Shown here: piece after piece, positions 58,017 through 64,000 of the stretch
Layout of the letters: every line of letters starts with the position of its first letter
Numbering within the stretch: the stretch's first letter is position 1
Source: Acidimicrobiia bacterium
Lineage (GTDB): Bacteria > Actinomycetota > Acidimicrobiia > IMCC26256 > JAGNEX01
Length of the DNA stretch: 64,000 bases
Reading direction: 5' to 3'
Assembly: GCA_020637365.1 (NCBI GenBank)
Contig: JACJWE010000002.1
Coordinates: 280,499 to 344,498 of the forward strand
The notes under the pieces: model-generated
The model's database searches: none
What the model was told of the DNA's origin: nothing
What the model saw: only the letters and a program-made list of their open reading frames with translations
Made by a program: the position numbers and the translations under genes

Positions 58017-58262
58017 AGGCTCCCCTGCTACCTCTGGTTCTGCCTGCGTGCCCCGCCGTTCAAGCTGCGCGAATCGGGCCTGCCAGATGGCGAATCGACA
58101 GGAAAGAAATCGTCATATCCGGAAAAACACACGAGGCTGCTCAGACACCATCGACCTACACTCGGTCGAGCAACCCCAGCATTCAAAGCAGCCACGCAGC
58201 TGAATGCGGCCAACCGACCCGGCGGGCCCGCACGCCCAGATCGGACTCCAGAGGTACCCAAG

Positions 58263-58658
58263 ATGCCAACAAAAGGCTCGATCGAGACCGAACCCATCGT
58301 CGATCCGACGAGTTTGGGGGTTATCGCAGCTGACCTTGGGTCAGATGTCGCGATCGAGGTCGCGACGATCTTCGTCGACAGCCTCGATTCGAGGGTGGCC
58401 AACATTGCGAGCGCCACCGACGCGGAGTCGCTCCGACGGGCAGTCCATGCGCTGCGCACACCTGCCGCGACGGTGGGAGCGATCCCTCTCGCATCGCTGT
58501 GCCGCGGTATCGAACAGGCAGCCGCCACCGGAAGGTTCGGCGACGATCTCGACGCGCAACGCAACGCGCTCTGCAGCCTCGCTGCGAGCAGCGGCGCGGA
58601 GATTTCCAGGATGCTCACCGATGGCGAGTTGGGATCGGCGACCCCACCCGTTGCATAA
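58263..58658 (+). CDS. Histidine phosphotransfer (HPt) domain protein
   Basis: 131 aa and helical. LRRAVHALRTPAATVGA matches the HPt H-x-L-(K/R)-x-x-A/S-x-x-x-G-A signature. Confidence 0.6.
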   Translation: MPTKGSIETEPIVDPTSLGVIAADLGSDVAIEVATIFVDSLDSRVANIASATDAESLRRAVHALRTPAATVGAIPLASLCRGIEQAAATGRFGDDLDAQRNALCSLAASSGAEISRMLTDGELGSATPPVA

Positions 58659-58693
58659 CGGCGCCTACCGGTTGAGCTGTAGGTCCCACCCAC

Positions 58694-59434
58694 CTAGCCC
58701 CAGCGGTAGCCAACTCCGCGCACCGTTTTGATCCGAGAACTACCGGTCGGTGGGTCGATCTTGCGGCGCAGGTTCGCGATATGAACGTCGATGACGTGAT
58801 CATCGCCGTACCAGTTCGGCCCCCAAACCCGCTCGAGCAGCAGGTCGCGGGTAAACACGACTTTCGGGGCAGAGGTAAAAGCTTCGAGCAGGTCGAACTC
58901 GATCTTGGTCAGCTTGATCAACTCACCGTCGATTCGGGCCTCACGCCCTGGAACATCGACGACAACCTCGCCCAGGACCCGGTGATCGTTATCGTTGTCA
59001 CCAGGTTGAGGTGCTGACCGAGGCCGTCGCATGACCGCGTCGATACGGGCGACGAGTTCAGGAGAGGAAAACGGCTTGGTCACATAGTCATCGGCACCGA
59101 GCCTGAGTCCGATGACCCGATCGACCTCGTCGACACGACCCGTCAGCATGATGATGTACGCATTGGAAAAGGCGCGTATCTCCCGGCAGACGTCGAGACC
59201 GTCAACGTCTGGCAGCGACAGGTCCAAGATGATGACGTCGATGCTGTTTTGCCGAACCAGCTCGATACCTTCGCGCCCGGTCGTAGCAACGTGGAGGCGA
59301 TATCGATCTTCCTTCAAGGTGTGACGCACAACGGTGCGGAACTCGGCGCTATCTTCGATGAGCGCTACCGATATGGGCGACGAAACGCTTCCTGACTCCA
59401 TAACCCCACAGGCTCCGGTCACTACCAAGTCCAC
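58694..59434 (-). CDS. OmpR/PhoB-family response regulator
   Basis: The receiver is VALIEDS...VIILDLSLPDVDG...DDYVTKPF, and the winged-helix C-terminus is ...IDVHIANLRRKI...IKTVRGVGYRW. The start may be ATG 59401. Confidence 0.9.
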   Translation of the reverse strand: MDLVVTGACGVMESGSVSSPISVALIEDSAEFRTVVRHTLKEDRYRLHVATTGREGIELVRQNSIDVIILDLSLPDVDGLDVCREIRAFSNAYIIMLTGRVDEVDRVIGLRLGADDYVTKPFSSPELVARIDAVMRRPRSAPQPGDNDNDHRVLGEVVVDVPGREARIDGELIKLTKIEFDLLEAFTSAPKVVFTRDLLLERVWGPNWYGDDHVIDVHIANLRRKIDPPTGSSRIKTVRGVGYRWG

Positions 59435-59507
59435 ATCGCACTCAGCGATGCTCGTGCGGGGCCGACAAAATCTGCTGGGGTCGTCCCGCCCGCGGACGCC
59501 AGGCTAG

Positions 59508-59540
59508 GCGGTAGGACAGACCCGCATTGCGCTGCGGCTC
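59508..59540. repeat. Short, internally deleted relative of the conserved intergenic element (copy G)
   Basis: cggtaggacagacccgcattgcgctgcgg versus copy A cggtagggactgacccg[...36 nt...]ttgcgctgcgg. It lies 55-85 nt after the sigma-factor stop. Confidence 0.5.
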
Positions 59541-59594
59541 CAAGATAATCGCGTCGCCGCAGGTAGCAGCCTACGACGACGCCTAGGGTGAATC

Positions 59595-60533
59595 TTATAC
59601 AGCGAGGAGGTCCCGCGCTCCGGTATCCGAGGATGGATGCCGCAACTTGGACATTGCACGCGCTTCGATCTGACGAATGCGCTCACGCGTCAGGTTGAAG
59701 TACTCCCCGACCTCTTCCAGCGTGCGGGACTCACCGCGATCCAGTCCGAACCTCAACGCCAGAATCTGGCGTTCGCGCTCATCGAGCGGCGAGAGCAGTT
59801 TTTCGATCTCCGCGGGCAGCAACGCAGTCGCAGCAACCTCGAAGGGAGACTCGGCTGAACGGTCCTCGACGATGTCGCCGAGTTCTGCGTCGCCGTCTTC
59901 GCGCAGTGGCTCGGAGAGCGACAGAGGCTCGGCGGCGAAACGCAGCGCTTCGGTGACCTTGTCCTCGGGCATCTCGACTTCTTTTGCGAGCTCGATCAAG
60001 GTCGCCGGTCGACCGAGTTTGAGTTCGAGGCGCGAACGCGCCTTTTGCAAACGGGTGAGGGTGTCACCAGCGTGAACGGGCAGCCGAATCGTACGCCCCG
60101 TGTTGGCGATACCACGGGTGATCGCCTGCCGGATCCACCACGTTGCATAGGTGGAGAACTTGAAGCCCTTGCGCCAGTCGAACTTCTCGACCGCATGCAT
60201 CAGACCGAGGTTGCCCTCTTGGATGAGGTCGAGCAGCGGAAGTCCTGACGCCTGGTACTTCTTGGCAATGGAGACGACCAGACGGAGGTTGGACTGAACG
60301 AACGTACGCTGCGCGTCATCGCCGTGACGGGCTTTGCGTCGCAGTTCACGCTTCTTCGCGGGAGTCAGTCGTTGAGTCTTGTCCTCAAGCTGTGTTCGAG
60401 CTTCGTTACCAGCCTCGATCTGCTGGGCGAGGCGCACCTCATCTTCCTTGGTCAGCAAGGGGTATTGCCCGATATCGGTGAGGTACAACCTCACCAAATC
60501 TTCTTCGTCTCTCTCTACACGCTCTTTGGCCAT
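59595..60533 (-). CDS. RNA polymerase sigma-70 family factor, group 2 (SigB/HrdB-like, no long N-terminal region)
   Basis: DLVRLYLTDIG, NLRLVVSIAKKY, DLIQEGNLGLMHAVEKFD, FSTYATWWIRQAITR and LTRERIRQIE cover regions 1.2 to 4.2. Confidence 0.9.
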   Translation of the reverse strand: MAKERVERDEEDLVRLYLTDIGQYPLLTKEDEVRLAQQIEAGNEARTQLEDKTQRLTPAKKRELRRKARHGDDAQRTFVQSNLRLVVSIAKKYQASGLPLLDLIQEGNLGLMHAVEKFDWRKGFKFSTYATWWIRQAITRGIANTGRTIRLPVHAGDTLTRLQKARSRLELKLGRPATLIELAKEVEMPEDKVTEALRFAAEPLSLSEPLREDGDAELGDIVEDRSAESPFEVAATALLPAEIEKLLSPLDERERQILALRFGLDRGESRTLEEVGEYFNLTRERIRQIEARAMSKLRHPSSDTGARDLLAV

Positions 60534-60936
60534 CCCGGGTTCGATCTCCTTCGGGGACGCTGGGAACGCCCGCTGCCTCCGGACGCCCGTCTACACAATC
60601 GTTCGCCCAACACCCGTGCGGGGCAGCACCGTCAAGCCCGGTCAACCGTGTTGACGGACGCTCGTCGGTGCATGTTGAGCCACCCTTCGCCGATCACTCA
60701 AACGCGCCTCGACCCAACCTTCTGGGACACGGCACCTTGAGAAACTGGTGAGCCCTGCGGTACCGACCGAGGGAAGAGGTGTGGCTTCATTATCCACGCC
60801 TGTCAACCCCATAGTTGGCCAGACCGCTTAACGCAAGAATTTCGGTGATTCTCACCCTCGTCGTTAACGCGGGGACGGTGCGAATCGGTCGCTTCACACC
60901 GCTTACGCCGCGTCGCGTCGCGTCGGAAACATCGGG

Positions 60937-61473
60937 TCAATCCGCCGATACCCACGCCCTCTCCGAGCCGAAGGCCGCCCAGGCTTGGGTAAGAGACTCC
61001 ACGGCTGGCGTCGCGTTCGACGACATGGCGACGATATCGATATCGGCTCTGAGATCAGCGAACGCCGACAGCGACGCTGTGCCGTTGGTGATGCCCTCGG
61101 TAAACAAACGCGCTGCTGGAGCGTCGGACCACCACGAACACTCGTTGATCGCCAGGGCGTAGCGGCGTTGCAATTCGGGTAGCACATGGTCATGGAACCC
61201 GATGCGCAAGAACTGTTCGGGCACCGCACCCAACTTCTCCACAGCGCGAACCGCGGTCTCGGCTGGGCGGGCCGGTTGGAGCTCACGCAACACCGGTACG
61301 AGGTCACGCAGCCGGGCGCCCTGTCGTCCGTGAGAACGGCCCCGCCGATACATCGAAACCTTGGCGTGGGGATCGACAACGCTTCTGGCCCAGCCGATGA
61401 GGACCTCAGAACACGACACCTCAACCCAACTCAGGGTGGTCAACTCGTGGGCAAGGTCGCGAATGTCCAACAT
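60937..61473 (-). CDS. Hypothetical protein (178 aa)
   Basis: The ORF has ordinary amino-acid composition and no family that I recognise. Confidence 0.4.
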   Translation of the reverse strand: MLDIRDLAHELTTLSWVEVSCSEVLIGWARSVVDPHAKVSMYRRGRSHGRQGARLRDLVPVLRELQPARPAETAVRAVEKLGAVPEQFLRIGFHDHVLPELQRRYALAINECSWWSDAPAARLFTEGITNGTASLSAFADLRADIDIVAMSSNATPAVESLTQAWAAFGSERAWVSAD

Positions 61474-61526
61474 CTACATGTCCGTTTTTCTGTAACCCGA
61501 TTTGGTAGCGAGCAGATGGGAGCGCC

Positions 61527-63533
61527 CTAGTGGCGCCATCGATTGACTATCGGCATGCGATGGTCCCGACCAAACGCTCGGCGAGAGATTTTCACGCCGG
61601 GAGCGGCCTGACGGCGCTTGAACTCTGCCCTGTCGATCATTCCAACCACGCGTGTCACCAGTGCTCGATCGTGTCCAGTGCGGGTCGCGATGAGATCAGG
61701 ACTCGCGTCACGCTCCAGATACGCGCGGATGATCGAATCCAACACCTCATAGGGCGGCAACGAATCCTGATCGGTTTGGTCGGGTCGAAGCTCCGCGGAC
61801 GGCGGTTTGGTCAGAACGTGTTCGGGAATCACCTCGAAACCGGCGTATCGATTTCGCCATCTACAGAGCTGATACACCTCGGTCTTTAAGACGTCCTTGA
61901 TGACGGCGAATGCGCCCGCCATGTCCCCATACAGCGTGCAATAGCCGACTGCCATCTCTGACTTGTTCCCAGTCGTCAGCACCAGGCCGCCGTGAGAATT
62001 GGACAACGCCATGATGATGACCCCGCGAAGACGCGCCTGGACATTCTCGCCAGCGAGACCCGCGCCGCCCGATCCCCAGACGTCTTCAAGGGATGATTCC
62101 ATCGCTCGGTGGGGAAGGTCGATCGGCACAAGATCGTTGCGTATCCCCAGGTTGTCAGCCAAGAGTCGGGCATCGCCGACGCTGTGGTCGCTCGAGTACC
62201 GCGACGGCATCATGACGCCGCGGACATTCGCCGCACCCAACGCATCGACCGCGATGGCGGCGGTCAGCGCCGAGTCGATTCCCCCCGACAGCGCTATCCA
62301 CGCGGTTGCAAACCCAGACTTGAGCACGTAGTCGCGGGTCGCGACCACAAGGGCCCGGTAGAGCTCACCTTCGGGTTCGTTCTCGGGTGCACTGTCCGGT
62401 GCGGCGGGCCGGCGGGCCTCGGCACCAGTGATGACGGAGCCAGACCGCGCCCCGGCGCGGCGATGCGGTCCGAGTATGAGCGCAAACCCACCTAACTCAG
62501 CTCCAGGTCCGGCGATACCTGGATCGCGGTCGACGGCATCGACATCTGACCAGGTACCGGTCTCAGCGTTAAAGACCGTGTGGATCGTCAGGTCGACAAA
62601 CGGTTCCGCCACAAAGTCGACGGAGGCTTTGAGAGCGGCCCGATCGTGTGTCGCCGTGAGGCCCGTTTGGTCGGGGCGGGAGATGAGCAACGAGGAGCCA
62701 TCAAAAACGAGTTCGTCTTGACCCCCCACGAGATTGACGGCCGCCACCGCACGGTCAAAGCGCTCGGCGAGACGCTCCATGACTTCACGACGCCGTTTCA
62801 CTTTGCCAACCCGGTACGGCGACCCGTTCACCACGCAGACCAGATCGGGCACCGGCGAGTTCACCGACGCGTCGGCGATCGGCAACACCGACGCACCCTC
62901 TGCGAGCGAACTGTGTGGTTCTCCCGGGCTCGGATCGATCCACGCGTCTTCACAGATGAGCACGGAGATGGTCACACCGCGATGGGTAATGACCGGCGGC
63001 GGCGTCGTACCCGATACGAACCACCGTCGTTCGTCGAATACGCCGTAGTTCGGTAATGCCACCTTGTCGTACACCGCCAGGACCCGACCCGAGCGAGCGA
63101 TGACAACGCTGTTGGTGACCCCACCAGACGCTGACCGGCCATCGAGATACTCACCATGGTCGACGCGGCGCGGGACTCCAAAGATGCAGAGCTCACCGGT
63201 GGTACGGCCGACGATCCACATCGCCTTCTCCCACACTGCAGCGAGAAACGCGTCTTGGTAGAGGAGGTCTTCAGGTGGATATCCAGTGATGACCAGCTCG
63301 GGAAACACCACGAGGTCTGCACCTCGAGCGACGGCATCCACACGCCGCTCGTCGACCATCCGGGCGTTGTCTTCCAACGCGCCGACCGCCGGATTGCATT
63401 GCACGAGCGCTACGTCGATCGAAGCCATCGGCGAAGTGTATTCATCACGACCGCCCTCACGAACTTGTACGCGCCTGGAGCGATCGATTGCATCCCAGCT
63501 GACGACGGACCCCAACGTTGCCGCCGGAGCCAC
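61527..63533 (-). CDS. nadE: Glutamine-dependent NAD+ synthetase
   Basis: It has an N-terminal CN-hydrolase domain (LVVFPEL..., ICED) and a C-terminal synthetase domain (ALSGGIDSALTA PP-loop). Confidence 0.93.
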   Translation of the reverse strand: MAPAATLGSVVSWDAIDRSRRVQVREGGRDEYTSPMASIDVALVQCNPAVGALEDNARMVDERRVDAVARGADLVVFPELVITGYPPEDLLYQDAFLAAVWEKAMWIVGRTTGELCIFGVPRRVDHGEYLDGRSASGGVTNSVVIARSGRVLAVYDKVALPNYGVFDERRWFVSGTTPPPVITHRGVTISVLICEDAWIDPSPGEPHSSLAEGASVLPIADASVNSPVPDLVCVVNGSPYRVGKVKRRREVMERLAERFDRAVAAVNLVGGQDELVFDGSSLLISRPDQTGLTATHDRAALKASVDFVAEPFVDLTIHTVFNAETGTWSDVDAVDRDPGIAGPGAELGGFALILGPHRRAGARSGSVITGAEARRPAAPDSAPENEPEGELYRALVVATRDYVLKSGFATAWIALSGGIDSALTAAIAVDALGAANVRGVMMPSRYSSDHSVGDARLLADNLGIRNDLVPIDLPHRAMESSLEDVWGSGGAGLAGENVQARLRGVIIMALSNSHGGLVLTTGNKSEMAVGYCTLYGDMAGAFAVIKDVLKTEVYQLCRWRNRYAGFEVIPEHVLTKPPSAELRPDQTDQDSLPPYEVLDSIIRAYLERDASPDLIATRTGHDRALVTRVVGMIDRAEFKRRQAAPGVKISRRAFGRDHRMPIVNRWRH

Positions 63534-63612
63534 CTAATCTTCACCCACGACTTGGCGACGCCTGGGTGGCTCGGACCTCGCTCGCCCTGACCGACAAATC
63601 CGGAGGACTCAC

Positions 63613-64000
63613 ATGACCCTGTTTCAGCCCACAGCTTTGGATGGGAAGGTCGCGATCGTGACGGGTGCTTCGAGCGGGCTCGGCGCCCATATCGTCGAAG
63701 TTCTAGCAAACACCGGTGCGACCGTGATCGCAGCGGCCAGACGCCGGGAACGCCTCGACGCTCTCGCCGCACAGAACGATCGGATCGTCGGCCACACCTG
63801 CGATATGAGCGACGACGAGCAAGTGATCCACCTGGTGGATCAGACCGTGACCGACCACGGGCGAGTCGATATCGTGATCAACAATGCCGGTGTGACCGAC
63901 GGCCCCGCCTCCGCGCTGGACGAGCCGATGACGACGGTGAGGTGGGTCTCTGACGTCAACCTTCATGCGCCGTTTCTGCTGGCACGCGAAGCGGCCAAAA
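63613..64000 (+). CDS. Short-chain dehydrogenase/reductase (SDR), N-terminal part. The gene runs off the right edge of the window.
   Basis: It is absent from the ORF track. ATG 63613 follows a GGAGGA SD. MTLFQPTALDGKVAIVTGASSGLGAHIV...VINNAGV has the TGxxxGxG and NNAG motifs. Confidence 0.85.
   Translation, partial: MTLFQPTALDGKVAIVTGASSGLGAHIVEVLANTGATVIAAARRRERLDALAAQNDRIVGHTCDMSDDEQVIHLVDQTVTDHGRVDIVINNAGVTDGPASALDEPMTTVRWVSDVNLHAPFLLAREAAK

Noticed and set aside
60641-60655. Inverted repeat GTCAAC-cgt-GTTGAC in the sigma-factor leader shares the 9-mer CCGTGTTGA with the 20-bp palindrome at 20143-20162
   Set aside because: A single shared 9-mer in 64 kb (both strands) is close to chance expectation, so there is no basis for a common regulon.

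Overview
GC-rich chromosomal segment. Gene content and order match the actinobacterial core block groEL / carD-ispDF-cysS-rlmB / disA-radA / clpC1 / lysS-coaX / pan-fol / ftsH-hpt-tilS / holB-tmk / topA / DUF1998 helicase / Tad-Flp-type locus / sigB-like sigma / nadE. The organism is probably a deep-branching Actinomycetota, but I cannot place it more precisely. About 80% of the genes are on the minus strand. I support about 60 CDSs, including three the ORF track missed: a groEL fragment running off the left edge, a 24-codon peptide gene, and an SDR fragment at the right edge. I also support two tRNA-Thr genes, a CIRCE operator, a SAM-I riboswitch, several coding 15-bp tandem repeats and a family of conserved intergenic elements. 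There are no rRNA genes, CRISPR arrays, transposases, integrases or prophage genes. Most long ORFs in the track that lie antisense or out of frame to these genes are Arg/Pro/Ser-rich artefacts of high GC. Main second-look items: (1) A SAM-I riboswitch drives a ThrC-like enzyme plus a GG-ended MoaD/ThiS-like carrier, which suggests a sulfur-carrier methionine route rather than threonine synthase. (2) An apparently undescribed element of about 90 nt has a 15-nt core that is identical in three copies, and it always lies just downstream of a stop codon in the sense of the upstream gene. (3) A retropepsin-like protease and a small partner protein form a two-gene cassette. (4) A tiny hydrophobic peptide gene has its own terminator and sits upstream of the ssd/tad operon. 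(5) Seven frame disruptions at homopolymer runs affect gpgS, nadC, a lipoprotein, ftsH and hpt. These look like consensus errors rather than gene decay. (6) Pentapeptide-coding 15-bp minisatellites recur in unrelated housekeeping genes.
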